Origin: Flavobacteriales bacterium TMED84
GTDB taxonomy: Bacteria; Bacteroidota; Bacteroidia; Flavobacteriales; BACL11
Direction: 5' to 3'
Assembly: GCA_002172655.2 (NCBI GenBank)
Contig: NHEL02000012.1
Span: 6,455-70,454, forward strand
Length of the DNA stretch: 64,000 nt
The position numbers and the translations under genes were made by a program. The notes under the pieces were generated by a model. It was not told the origin of the DNA, made no database searches, and worked only from the letters and a program-made list of their open reading frames with translations. Below are positions 28,975 to 39,692 of the stretch, in pieces (positions within the stretch are counted from its first letter, which is position 1; the number at the start of each line of letters is the position of its first letter).

Positions 28975-29985
28975 TTAGTTTAAAAAATCAAGCTTTGTTA
29001 TTATTGGATAATGGTCAGAATATTCGCTGTTGTCCAGAAAATAATTTTTAGTTTTAAAATTATTATCATGCAAAATGTAATCTATTCTTGTGAATGGAAT
29101 TTTAACATAACTTTTTCCTATTCCTTTTCCACATTCTCGAAAAGTATCAAAAAAGTCTTGAGCAATTAATCTATATGTGAAGGATAAAGGTGTGTCATTT
29201 AAATCAGCACAAATAATTTTTTTGTGTTTTAAAGTTTTGATGTAATCTGTGAAGAAATTTGCTTGACTTGATCTGAGGATATAAGAATCTTTCATTTTTG
29301 AAATAATTTCAAAAAAACTTTTTTTATCAATTTCCAATTTATTAATTACATTGTATTGTTCTTCTTCGAACCAATTTGATGCTAAATGTATATTCAAGAC
29401 ACTTATAGTGTCATTATTAATCAAAATATCTACTTTAGTACCAATTATATTTTTTTCTAAATCTTGTATGTAGTCTTTTTTTATAATAGGATACTTGCTG
29501 GCCGTCAGAAAATTTTCTTTAATGTATTCATACTCATATTCTAGTTTATTTTTTTTTGAGCTATCAAACTCTTGAAAACATGCAACATCTGAATCATATT
29601 TCTTCACAAGTCTAAAAATTTTAGAGTCAATATTTTCTTGCTCAATCCAATTATATTTATTTAACATTCTTGTATTATATGTCAAAATTGAAATGTCTGC
29701 ACTTGAAGATTTAACATTTTTTGTACCTATGTGATTACTCAAATGATTAATACCTAAAACAATTATAATGAGATTTGCCCAAAGGGGTCTTTTTAGTCTT
29801 ACAATCCAATAGACTAAGAAGATTGAAAGAATTATTAATAAAATTGGATATGCTAGTCCAAAAAATGAAATAGGCCAAAATATTTTTGGATTAATGAAAG
29901 GCGATAAGTAGCTTAATATCATTATGAAAATGAAGGCTGAATTAATCAAGTAGATTATTTTGTCAATGAAGTTTAATTTTTTCAT
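28975..29985 (-). CDS. Endonuclease/exonuclease/phosphatase (EEP) family membrane protein
   Basis: N-terminal TM helices, then an EEP fold with ILTYNTR near the start and a terminal SDHYPI motif. Confidence 0.7.
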   Translation of the reverse strand: MKKLNFIDKIIYLINSAFIFIMILSYLSPFINPKIFWPISFFGLAYPILLIILSIFLVYWIVRLKRPLWANLIIIVLGINHLSNHIGTKNVKSSSADISILTYNTRMLNKYNWIEQENIDSKIFRLVKKYDSDVACFQEFDSSKKNKLEYEYEYIKENFLTASKYPIIKKDYIQDLEKNIIGTKVDILINNDTISVLNIHLASNWFEEEQYNVINKLEIDKKSFFEIISKMKDSYILRSSQANFFTDYIKTLKHKKIICADLNDTPLSFTYRLIAQDFFDTFRECGKGIGKSYVKIPFTRIDYILHDNNFKTKNYFLDNSEYSDHYPIITKLDFLN

Positions 29986-30782
29986 TTTTTACTTTGTTCA
30001 AATAATTTATTTTTTTCTACTTTGGTTAGACTATCAAAACCTGATTGAGAAATCTTTTCTAAGATATCATCAACTTCCCTCTCATTAATTCTCTTTTTGT
30101 CTCTAAATATTTGATCATTTGTCAACGAGCTTCGTTTGATTTGAATCTCTCTTTTATTTAAAAGGTGAAATAAGAAGCCAAAAGTGATAGCCCCAATATG
30201 AGAAATATTACCACCAGTATTAAATTTTGATATACTAACTAATGAAAACAATGCTATAATTATTAGAAGGTACTTGCTACTAATTTGTAATAAATAAAAA
30301 TTAATTTGATTATTCGGATATTTAAATGTGTAATAAGAAAACAAACCAATTATTGCACTTGAAGAGCCAATTAAAACTGTGTTTTCTATCTGTATTTCAA
30401 GTATTGGAAACATATTATAGAAAAGTATAAATAACAAGCCGCTAAAAAATCCTGAAAGTAAAAAAATAGTGATGATTTTAAATTCCCGATTACTTTTTAA
30501 ATAAAGATTTCTAACAATTAAGAAAAAAAACAAATTAATAAAAAGATGAAAAATATTTTCATGTACAAAAATGTATGTAAAGATACTCCAGGGTTTTTTT
30601 AGAAAAGTATTTATCTCAGCAGGAACAGCAAGTACACTAATTGGATTTAAGTTGAAATTATACTGCATAAGAAAAATTGAGATTTTAGAGATTTCACTAA
30701 CAATAAAAATTAAAATCATTATTGTAGAAATTGCGTAAAATTTATCTTTTATTGAGCTAAATAAACTTTTTAAAACATTCAT
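29982..30782 (-). CDS. Rhomboid-family intramembrane serine protease with cytoplasmic C-terminal extension
   Basis: Polytopic protein. Candidate catalytic GSSSAIIG and downstream SHIGA. C-terminal DDILEKISQSGFDSLTKVEKNKLF tail. Confidence 0.7.
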   Translation of the reverse strand: MNVLKSLFSSIKDKFYAISTIMILIFIVSEISKISIFLMQYNFNLNPISVLAVPAEINTFLKKPWSIFTYIFVHENIFHLFINLFFFLIVRNLYLKSNREFKIITIFLLSGFFSGLLFILFYNMFPILEIQIENTVLIGSSSAIIGLFSYYTFKYPNNQINFYLLQISSKYLLIIIALFSLVSISKFNTGGNISHIGAITFGFLFHLLNKREIQIKRSSLTNDQIFRDKKRINEREVDDILEKISQSGFDSLTKVEKNKLFEQSKK

Positions 30783-31510
30783 TAATAAAAATAAGTTTTA
30801 TTTTTTTGCCAGTATTTTAATAATATATATCCAAAAATCATACCGCCGAGATGAGCAAAGTGAGCAACATTGTCATTAGGATTGTTTAAAATAGCAAGAT
30901 ACAATTCTATAACAGCATATATAATAATGAAATATTTTGCTTTGATTGGAAATGCAAAGTAAATGTATAGCAAAGTGTTCGGGAATAACAAACCAAATGC
31001 TAACAAAACACCAAAAACAGCGCCAGAAGCTCCAACAGTAGGAACATTTATGAGTAAATTAAGTTTAGACATTGAACTATTTATATAGTTTTGTCTGTTC
31101 TGTAAAATATTAGCACCATTTTCTATCACTGTATTGATATTGCTCAAATTCATTTCAACCATTAAATTAGATATTTTAAGCTGAGTAACTAAAATGTGTA
31201 GTAAGGCTGCTCCCAATGCAGTAACAAAGTAGTATATGAGAAATCTTTTTGGTCCCCATATATTTTCTAAAGTTTTACCAAACATCCATAGTGCAAACAT
31301 GTTAAAAAACAAATGAGGTATGCTCCCGTGCATGAAAAAATGTGTTATTAGCTGATGAGGATAAAATTTTGAGGACTGAATTTGATGTAGCCCAAAGTAG
31401 TCAACCAAGTTTATACCCAAACCAGCAAGAGAAACAGTAGCTACATAAAAGATTATATTTATTATGAAAATATTTTTAACTAAAGCTGGTAATTCATTAA
31501 ATTGAAACAT
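30782..31510 (-). CDS. Rhomboid-family intramembrane serine protease
   Basis: HGSIPHLFFNM, catalytic GASGAVFG, and AHLGG. Confidence 0.88.
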   Translation of the reverse strand: MFQFNELPALVKNIFIINIIFYVATVSLAGLGINLVDYFGLHQIQSSKFYPHQLITHFFMHGSIPHLFFNMFALWMFGKTLENIWGPKRFLIYYFVTALGAALLHILVTQLKISNLMVEMNLSNINTVIENGANILQNRQNYINSSMSKLNLLINVPTVGASGAVFGVLLAFGLLFPNTLLYIYFAFPIKAKYFIIIYAVIELYLAILNNPNDNVAHFAHLGGMIFGYILLKYWQKNKTYFY

Positions 31511-33241
31511 TATGGCTTGATTAATTTTGTAATAAGTTTAGTAGTTAGTGATTCCCAGATTTTTTTACCAGAAGGGCAAAATTTTTGGTTCTTACATTTA
31601 TGAAAGCTAGCATATAGAGCTTCCATCTCTATGCTGGAGAGTTTGGTCTTTGGTCTGTATGCATTTCTATTGCAAAGTTTCTTGGCTATTTCTATTTTAA
31701 AATCTGTTTCTAAACTTGTATTGTTAATTTTTGATTCAATAAAATCTTCAAAGTAGTCTCTAATCTTGCTTTCATCACAGTTGGATGGAATTGCTAAAAC
31801 TGATAACATTTTTTCTTTTAATATATATTTAAATCCAAATTTATTTAAAGAACTTTTAATTTCTTCAATTGTTGATATTTCACTTTCACTAAAAAATAAA
31901 TCAATGGGAAATAGGAGATTTATTGAATTGTTTTCTGAAGTCAAGTTAAGATAGTTTTCATATAATACTCTTTTGTGCATTTTTCTAATACTAAAGATTT
32001 TTAAACTATCAAATTCAATTGAAATCATAAAGTTTTCAATTTGAAACAAATCATTTTTAGTATTAGAATTAACATAATCACTGGAATCCAAGAGTAAATT
32101 ATTTAAAAGATTAGAGCTTGTATTTTGAGAATCTTTCTTAAAAGGGTTGTAGTTTTTATCAATTTTAATATTAGGAACAGAAATTTTATCAGGTTTTCTG
32201 TCTAATTCATTAAAAAAAGCTTGATCTAGGTTAAAATCTATTGATGGTATTAAATTATATTGAGCTAGTGATTTTTTTACAGCTGATCTTAAAATAGAAT
32301 AAATTGATTTTTCGTTAGAAAATTTGATTTCAGTTTTATTAGGATGTATATTAACATCAATTTGTGAGGGATTAATTTCAAAATTAATGTAAAAAGTAGG
32401 TGCTTTTTTTTCATCAATCAATCCTTTGAATGCAGATTTTATTGCATGTGAAAGATAATTGCTTTTAAAAAATCTTTTATTTACAAAAAGATATTGTTCT
32501 CCTCTAGTTTTTTTTTGCCAGCTCAGGTTTTGCAATATATCCAAAAATTTTAACTATGCTAGTTTCTTCATTTACAGGAACAAAATTGTTATTTATCTTT
32601 AACTTATTTATTTCTAATATTCTATTCAAGAGTTTAGCTTTCTGTAGTTTAAAGATTTCTTTCCCATTTTCATAGCAAACAAAATTTATTTCATTGTTAA
32701 TAATTGCAACTCTTTTGAATTCTTCAATTATGTGTTTAGATTCAATTTTTTCAGATTTGAGAAATTTTTTTCTAGCAGGTAGATTGAAGAAAATATTTTC
32801 AACTCTGATAGCCGTTCCTTGCTGAGCATTAAATGGCTCAGCTTTTTGTTTCTTTCCAGAACTAAATAAAACTCTATTGCCAAGATCATGACCTTTGGAT
32901 TTAGTTTTAATTTCCATAACAGAGATTTCTGAGATAGAAGCTAAAGCTTCACCCCTAAAACCCATTGTTTTTATATTGTTGAGATCCTGAGATGTTTTTA
33001 TTTTAGAGGTTGCATGCCTCATGACGCATAAGTTTAAATCATCAATATCCATGCCACATCCGTTGTCAGAAACTTGAAACATCTTATTACCTCCAGAGTA
33101 AAACGATAAAACAATTTCATCTGCTTGTGAGTCAATAGAGTTTTCTAAAAGTTCTTTAACAGCTGAAGCAGGTCTTTGAACAACCTCACCGGCTGCTATT
33201 TTGTTTGCAACCTGACTTTCTAGTATTTTAATTACACCCAA
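31510..33241 (-). pseudogene. mutL: DNA mismatch repair protein MutL, interrupted by a frameshift in an A9 tract (ORF fragments 32504..33241 and 31510..32544)
   Basis: The N-terminal fragment carries GHKL ATPase motifs (ELLENSIDS, DNGCGM, GFRGEAL). The C-terminal fragment starts within the conserved RGEQYLFVNKRF motif and carries the dimerisation domain. The frames meet at T9 (+ strand 32508-32516); one base fewer gives a continuous protein. Confidence 0.85.
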
Positions 33242-33247
33242 TGCTTA

Positions 33248-33451
33248 CTAATTTAATATTAGATATAAAAATAAAAATAATAGACCAACTAAAAGTAGTA
33301 ATTGTGATTTATTAATTTTGTTATTCTTTATTAATATTTCTCTCTTTTTGAAAACAATTTTTTTCTTAGTTGATTCACTTTTTTTTGTTTGAAACCTTGG
33401 ACTATAATTGAACTTTTTGTTCTTTTTGTTCTTGACGAAAGAAATTTTCAT
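33248..33451 (-). CDS. Hypothetical 67-aa Lys-rich protein with C-terminal TM helix
   Basis: The ORF ends 6 nt before the mutL start on the same strand. The basic N-terminal 45 aa are followed by LLLLVGLLFLFLYLIL. No recognised family. Confidence 0.4.
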   Translation of the reverse strand: MKISFVKNKKNKKFNYSPRFQTKKSESTKKKIVFKKREILIKNNKINKSQLLLLVGLLFLFLYLILN

Positions 33452-33511
33452 TTTTGATAAATTATGTTTCTTTTTAAATAAGTATAAACTTAGTTATATT
33501 AAATTTACAAG

Positions 33512-36433
33512 GTGAAAAATATCTTTTTATTTTCCGTCATCTCATTATTTATTTTGAATCCTGTATTTACTAAGACCAATGATTTTAATACAGATTTTAG
33601 TGAAATACAAAATGATTGGGTTGACAGTGTTTTTGATAATTTGACACTTAGAGAAAAAATTGGACAATTATTTGTAGTAGCTTCATACTCAAACAAATCA
33701 ATCAGTCATGAAGAGGAAATAATAAGATTGATAAAAAATTTTGGTATTGGTGGAGTTATGTTTTTGCAGGGTAGTCCTAAAAAACAAAAGAAAATGACAA
33801 GAAAATTTCAACAATCCTCTAAAATTCCGTTGATAATAGCACAGGATGCAGAATGGGGTTTGTCAATGCGATTAGATTCTTCTTTTAAATTTCCATGGCC
33901 AATGACAGTAGGAGCATGTGATGATGAACAGTTAGCTTATAGCATGGGTTATGAAATTGCAAATCAATGTAAATCAATTGGTGTAAATATGAACTTAGCT
34001 CCAGTTGCCGATATAAATTCTAATCCCAAAAACCCTATCATAAATAATAGATCTTTTGGAGAAGATTCTAAATTAGTTTCAGAGCTTAGTGACTCATACA
34101 TGAGAGGATTACAGGAAAATGGAGTGCTTGCCTGTGCAAAACATTTTCCAGGACATGGAGACACTGACAAGGATTCTCACAAAACACTTCCTACAGTAGG
34201 TCATAATATAATGAGATTAAAAAAATATGAACTAAAACCTTTTAAAAAGTTAATTAGTTCAGGAGTGTCATCTATAATGACTGCACATTTAAATGTTCCT
34301 TCAATAGATAACTCAGAAGTCCCAACTAGTTTATCAAAAAAAGCAATAAAAAAACAATTGATAAATAAGATGAATTTCAAAGGGTTAATTATTACTGATG
34401 CATTAAATATGAAAGGAGTTAGTGAATACTACGAGGTCGGTGAGCTTGAGTATAATGCTTTATCTGCTGGAAATGATATTTTGTTAATGTCTTCTGATGT
34501 TTCAAAAGCAATTGATTACATTGAAAATGCAATTGATAGCGGAAAGCTTTCAATTAGTGATGTTAATTTAAAATGTAGAAAAGTTCTTAATGCAAAATTT
34601 TGGATTAAAAATAATTATGAACTAATTAATCAGAGTAAAGACATAGCTTTTGAAGCTTTAAATGAAAAAATACATAGAAAGTCAATAACATTATTAAAAA
34701 ATAATAACGATTTAATACCATTGAAAAGATTAGATACTCTAAATATTGCAAGCCTAACTATTGGAGGTGATCTTAACTATTTTAATCAAACTATCTCTAA
34801 TTATTCAAAATTCAAATCATTCAAAATGAATGAAAGCGAAGGTTTAAAAACTCAAGCAAAATATTTAGATAGTTTATCTAAATACAATCTGGTAATCGTT
34901 TCAATTTATAAATCCGATAAAAATCCATGGATAGATTATAAAATAAAAAAAGATTTAGATATTTTTTTACAAACACTTGGTTTGCAAAATAATATTATAC
35001 TTACAACATTTTCAAGTCCCTACACTCTAAATTCTTTACTTACGGTAGAAAATTTTGAAGCTATCGTTCTAGGATATCAAAGTAACAAGTATGCACAGAA
35101 ATATGCAGCACAAAGTATATTTGGCGGAATTGAAATTAATTCTAAAGTTCCAGTCACAACAAGACATTTTAAGAATGGTCATGGTTTAAAATCACAAAAA
35201 ACAAGATTAGGTTATATTAATCACAATGAACTAGACTTTTCTCAAAATAATCTCATTGCTATTGATAGTCTTATAGAGGAGGCTATAAAAGAAAAGGCCT
35301 TTCCGGGATGCCAAGTATTAATTAGTAAGGACAAAAATATCTTTTTTCACAAATCTTATGGATTTCACACATATAAACAAAATCATCAAGTAAAAAATAA
35401 TGACGTTTATGATTTAGCATCAATAACAAAAATAATATCAACTGTACCAATACTTATGAAAATGACAGATGAAAAACTATTCAAGCTTGATGAAAAAATT
35501 GGATCTTATGATTCGTTAATCTTTAAATCTTCACTTAGCAGTACAAGTAATCAGCAAATTCTGGCACATCAAGCGGGTTTAGTCTCATGGATTCCTTTTT
35601 ATCAAGAAACATTTTTATTTGATTCAATTTCCAACAGTAAATCACTAAACAAATCTATCTATAGTTCAGAAAAGGACTTTGATTTTGATTATCAAGTTGC
35701 GAAAAGTTTATACAGCAAAAGTTCATTTCAAGACACAATAGTAAAGCGAATATTAGAATCTGAAATTTTTGAAGATAAGAAATATCTTTATAGTGATCTT
35801 GGATTTTATTTGTACAAAAAAATAATTGAAAATTCCTATCAGCTATCACTAGATAAGATATTGAATAAAATTTTCTTGAAAAAATTAGGAATGGAAAATA
35901 TGTGTTACAATCCATTTAAAGAGATAGATATAAAAAGAATAGTACCTACTGAAGTTGATAATTATTACAGAAATCAACTTTTAATTGGATATGTTCATGA
36001 TATGGGCGCAGCTTTGCAAGACGGAGTTGGGGGACATGCAGGTGTTTTTTCTAGTTCAAATGATTTAGCTAAGTTTATGCAATTATATCTTGATAATGGT
36101 ATGTATGGAGATGAAAGATTTTTAAATGAATCAACAATTAAAAAATTTACATCAAGACAATACGTTTTTAATGAAAATAGGAGAGGTGCAGGCTTTGACA
36201 AACCCTGTCTTGAAGACCAAGAAGTTGGAGTTGCCAGTAAAAATGTAAGTATGAAAAGCTTTGGTCATACAGGCTTTACAGGAACACTGGCATGGGCTGA
36301 CCCTGAAAAGAATATTGTTTTGATTTTTTTATCAAATAGAATACATCCCAAAGCTGATAATAAAAAATTAATTGAAATGAATGTAAGAACAGAATTAATG
36401 AGGTTAACTTTTGATATGTTTGATAATGAATAA
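33512..36433 (+). CDS. Fusion protein: glycoside hydrolase family 3 (NagZ-like beta-N-acetylhexosaminidase) + beta-lactamase-fold serine hydrolase
   Basis: Signal peptide. GH3 motifs KHFPGHGDTDKDSH and ITDALNM. C-terminal half has S-x-x-K (ASITK) and HTG (GHTGFTG). GTG start. Confidence 0.85.
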   Translation: MKNIFLFSVISLFILNPVFTKTNDFNTDFSEIQNDWVDSVFDNLTLREKIGQLFVVASYSNKSISHEEEIIRLIKNFGIGGVMFLQGSPKKQKKMTRKFQQSSKIPLIIAQDAEWGLSMRLDSSFKFPWPMTVGACDDEQLAYSMGYEIANQCKSIGVNMNLAPVADINSNPKNPIINNRSFGEDSKLVSELSDSYMRGLQENGVLACAKHFPGHGDTDKDSHKTLPTVGHNIMRLKKYELKPFKKLISSGVSSIMTAHLNVPSIDNSEVPTSLSKKAIKKQLINKMNFKGLIITDALNMKGVSEYYEVGELEYNALSAGNDILLMSSDVSKAIDYIENAIDSGKLSISDVNLKCRKVLNAKFWIKNNYELINQSKDIAFEALNEKIHRKSITLLKNNNDLIPLKRLDTLNIASLTIGGDLNYFNQTISNYSKFKSFKMNESEGLKTQAKYLDSLSKYNLVIVSIYKSDKNPWIDYKIKKDLDIFLQTLGLQNNIILTTFSSPYTLNSLLTVENFEAIVLGYQSNKYAQKYAAQSIFGGIEINSKVPVTTRHFKNGHGLKSQKTRLGYINHNELDFSQNNLIAIDSLIEEAIKEKAFPGCQVLISKDKNIFFHKSYGFHTYKQNHQVKNNDVYDLASITKIISTVPILMKMTDEKLFKLDEKIGSYDSLIFKSSLSSTSNQQILAHQAGLVSWIPFYQETFLFDSISNSKSLNKSIYSSEKDFDFDYQVAKSLYSKSSFQDTIVKRILESEIFEDKKYLYSDLGFYLYKKIIENSYQLSLDKILNKIFLKKLGMENMCYNPFKEIDIKRIVPTEVDNYYRNQLLIGYVHDMGAALQDGVGGHAGVFSSSNDLAKFMQLYLDNGMYGDERFLNESTIKKFTSRQYVFNENRRGAGFDKPCLEDQEVGVASKNVSMKSFGHTGFTGTLAWADPEKNIVLIFLSNRIHPKADNKKLIEMNVRTELMRLTFDMFDNE

Positions 36434-37538
36434 TCTCAAAATTGGAATTGTTTGTTATCCAACTCAAGGAGGTAGTGGAATAGTTGCGACAGAATTAGCT
36501 CAATCACTTGCTAATCTAGGGCATGAGATTCATATTATTTCATACTGTAGGCCGTTTAGGCTGAAATATGAAAAAAATAAAAACATTTTTTTTCATGAAG
36601 TTACTACATATAATTACCCTTTATTTGAATATACCCCTTATGAAATTAATCTTACAAGTAAAATAGTAGATGTCTCTGTAAATTATAATTTAAATTTAGT
36701 ACACGTACATTATGCAATACCTCATGCATCAGCAGCACTATCAGCAAAACAAATTTTGAGGAGTCTTTCTAAAGAATTACCAATTGTTACAACTTTACAT
36801 GGTACTGATATTACACTTATTGGTAAGGATAAATCATTTAAGCCAGTGATAGAGTTCGCAATTAATAATTCTGATATTGTAACATCTGTTTCAAAAAGTT
36901 TAAAAGAAGATTCATTGAAAAATTTTAAAATAAAAAAAGAAATAAAAATTATTCCAAACTTTATCGACTCAGCTTTGTATTGTCCAACTGCTGAAAATGA
37001 TAAAGCTGAAAAAATTATCACACACGTATCAAATTTTAGAAAAGTAAAAAAAGTTGATCATGTATTAAGGGTTTTTTTTGAAGTTCAAAAAAAAATCAAT
37101 TGTAGTTTAAACTTAATTGGAGATGGACCAGAGCTAAAAAAAATAAAAGAGTTGTCAAAAAAATTAAATATTGAAAAAAGAGTTCGCTTTAAAAAATATT
37201 CAAGAAAGATTCACAAAGAACTTAAAAATTCAACACTATTTTTACTAACTTCTGAGAAGGAAAGTTTTGGTTTGTCTGCATTAGAAGCAATTTCATCTGG
37301 CGTTCCAGTTATTTCTACTAATGTTGGCGGACTAACAGAAATTGTAGTTGATGGAGTAACAGGTTTTGTATCTAAATTAGGCGATATTAAAAAAATGTCT
37401 GATGATTGCATAAAATTACTTTTAGATAATGATTTGTATTTAAGAATTAGAAAGAATTGTGTGAAACACTCTAAGAAGTATTGCATAAGTAAAGTAGTCC
37501 CCCAGTATATTAAAATCTATAATGAATTATTAAAATGA
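36426..37538 (+). CDS. bshA: GT4 glycosyltransferase, BshA-like (N-acetyl-alpha-D-glucosaminyl L-malate synthase, bacillithiol pathway)
   Basis: N-terminus MNNLKIGIVCYPTQGGSGIVATELAQSLANLGHEIH is characteristic of BshA. GT4 C-terminal E-x7-E region (SEKESFGLSALEA). The ATG at 36426 overlaps the upstream stop (ATGAATAA). Confidence 0.7.
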   Translation: MNNLKIGIVCYPTQGGSGIVATELAQSLANLGHEIHIISYCRPFRLKYEKNKNIFFHEVTTYNYPLFEYTPYEINLTSKIVDVSVNYNLNLVHVHYAIPHASAALSAKQILRSLSKELPIVTTLHGTDITLIGKDKSFKPVIEFAINNSDIVTSVSKSLKEDSLKNFKIKKEIKIIPNFIDSALYCPTAENDKAEKIITHVSNFRKVKKVDHVLRVFFEVQKKINCSLNLIGDGPELKKIKELSKKLNIEKRVRFKKYSRKIHKELKNSTLFLLTSEKESFGLSALEAISSGVPVISTNVGGLTEIVVDGVTGFVSKLGDIKKMSDDCIKLLLDNDLYLRIRKNCVKHSKKYCISKVVPQYIKIYNELLK

Positions 37539-38122
37539 TTAAAGTAGGAATTACTGGTGGTATTGGTGTTGGAAAAACATACATATGTAATATCTTAAAA
37601 AAAATGGGTTATTCTATTTTTAGTTCAGATCAAGTTTCTAAAAAAATAGTTTCCGAAAATACTTTTGTGCGTGACCAAATCAGAAATTTTTTTGGTGAAG
37701 ATATTATTGAAAATGAAAAGATTAATAGAGAAAAATTAGCAATTCAAGTATTTTCTAACAAAGAAAAATTAAAAAAATTAAATGAAATAGTTCACCCATT
37801 TGTAAAAAAAGAATTTGATAATTGGATGAGCAATAGATATGATGAAAAAGTAGTTTTTAAAGAAGCAGCAATTTTATTTGAAGCTAATTCACATAAGGAT
37901 TTAGATTATGTTGTTTGTATTACATCAAAATTGCAAGATAGAATAAATCGTGTGATGCAAAGAGATAAAGTCGATAGTGATTCAGTTGAAAAAAGAATTT
38001 CAATGCAAATGTCTCAGATTGAGAAAGAGAAGCTATCGGACTTTGTAATTTTTAACAATAAAGATAATTTGGTATTACCTCAAATTGTTAAAGCACTAAA
38101 GAAAATTTTTGATTTACAATAA
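37535..38122 (+). CDS. coaE: Dephospho-CoA kinase
   Basis: P-loop GITGGIGVGKT. 195 aa. 4-nt overlap with bshA. Confidence 0.9.
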   Translation: MIKVGITGGIGVGKTYICNILKKMGYSIFSSDQVSKKIVSENTFVRDQIRNFFGEDIIENEKINREKLAIQVFSNKEKLKKLNEIVHPFVKKEFDNWMSNRYDEKVVFKEAAILFEANSHKDLDYVVCITSKLQDRINRVMQRDKVDSDSVEKRISMQMSQIEKEKLSDFVIFNNKDNLVLPQIVKALKKIFDLQ

Positions 38123-38229
38123 AAAAATCTTTATCAAAAACATCAGAATACATAAATCTAAGAATAGTAAAAAACCAAAAAGTCTAGTATTAAGATGATA
38201 AAGCTCTTGTAATTTTTTCCAAATATCAT

Positions 38230-39645
38230 TCATACTATTTTCTTTTTTAAAGTTAGTGAAACAATATTTTCAACATGATGTGTCATTGGGAACATGTCAA
38301 CAGGTTGAATAAACTCTATGTCATATAATTCTTTTAAAATTGCAATATCTCTAGCTTGTGTTGCTGAGTTGCAACTAATGTAAACAATTTTTTCAGGCTT
38401 TACATCCATAATCTGAGAAATCACTTTTTTATGCATACCTTCTCTTGGAGGGTCAGTAATAATTATATCAGGCTTACAATTTGATTTTATAAAATCCTCG
38501 TTTAATATTACTTTCATATCTCCACAGATAAAAGTGCAATTTTTTATTTTATTTTTTTTCGAGCTTCTTTTCGCCGAATTAATCGCCTCCTCAACAGAAT
38601 CTATACCAACAATTTTTTTTGCATTTTTTGACAAATATTGAGCTATTGTGCCAGTTCCTGTGTATAAATCATAGACAATGTGATTGTTTTTTAAATCAGC
38701 AATTTCGGAGATTTTGTCAAATAAAATTTTTGTTTGCTTACTATTTGTTTGAAAAAAGGATTTCGGTCCAATATCAAAAGATAAAGCACCTATTTTTTCT
38801 TCAATAAATTTTTTTCCACTGAAGCAAATTACATCTTGATCATAAATTGTACTATTTGCTTTATTGTTTATTACATAAAGTAATGATGTTATGTTATTGA
38901 AACTATTTTTTAAGTGATTCATTAAAAGATTAATTTTTTTTAAATCATTTTTGAAAAATTGAACCAAAACCATTAATTCATTGTGATATCCTGTTCTTAT
39001 TAACAAATTTCTTATTAAACCCTCTTTTTCTCTTAAATCAAAAAATGATATTTCATTTTTTATGCAAAATTCTTTAATCGAATTTCTGATGCTGTTAGAA
39101 GGTTCTTTTTGTAAATGACATTCCTCAATATCTATTACCTTATCGTATCTTCCAGAAATGTGAAATCCACATGCATTTCTGTTTTGTATTATTTTGCAAT
39201 TTTTAATTTCATCATCAGTTAACCATCTTTTGTTAGAGAAAGTAAATTCCATTTTGTTTCTGTAGTAGAAAGTTTCATTGCAACCTATTATTTTGTTAAT
39301 ATTTTCAAATTCAACTCCACCAATTCTTTTGAGATTATTTAGAACCTCATTTTGCTTAAAGATTAATTGAGAGTCATATTTCATATTTTGCCATTTACAG
39401 CCACCACAAATTCCAAAATGTTTACATTTTGCCTCAATTCTATGCTCAGAGTCTTTTATTCTTTTGATAATTTTACCTTTCCAAAACTTCCTTCTTTTTT
39501 TTGTAACAAGAATGTCACAAATATCACCAGGAACTCCTTTGTCAACTAAAATAACTCTTTCATTAAACTTCGCTATGGCTTGGCCTTTATTTGCAATATC
39601 AAATATTTTAATATTATTTATTATAGTTTTTTTCTTTGAACTCAT
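38230..39645 (-). CDS. rlmD: 23S rRNA (uracil-C5)-methyltransferase RlmD/RumA family
   Basis: N-terminal TRAM domain. Fe-S Cys cluster [16 protein letters not shown] motif [18 protein letters not shown]. Catalytic ISCN. Confidence 0.88.
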   Translation of the reverse strand: MSSKKKTIINNIKIFDIANKGQAIAKFNERVILVDKGVPGDICDILVTKKRRKFWKGKIIKRIKDSEHRIEAKCKHFGICGGCKWQNMKYDSQLIFKQNEVLNNLKRIGGVEFENINKIIGCNETFYYRNKMEFTFSNKRWLTDDEIKNCKIIQNRNACGFHISGRYDKVIDIEECHLQKEPSNSIRNSIKEFCIKNEISFFDLREKEGLIRNLLIRTGYHNELMVLVQFFKNDLKKINLLMNHLKNSFNNITSLLYVINNKANSTIYDQDVICFSGKKFIEEKIGALSFDIGPKSFFQTNSKQTKILFDKISEIADLKNNHIVYDLYTGTGTIAQYLSKNAKKIVGIDSVEEAINSAKRSSKKNKIKNCTFICGDMKVILNEDFIKSNCKPDIIITDPPREGMHKKVISQIMDVKPEKIVYISCNSATQARDIAILKELYDIEFIQPVDMFPMTHHVENIVSLTLKKKIV

Positions 39646-39692
39646 TAAGCAAATTTAATTATTTGATTTCATTTTTTAATTTTGTAATTAAA

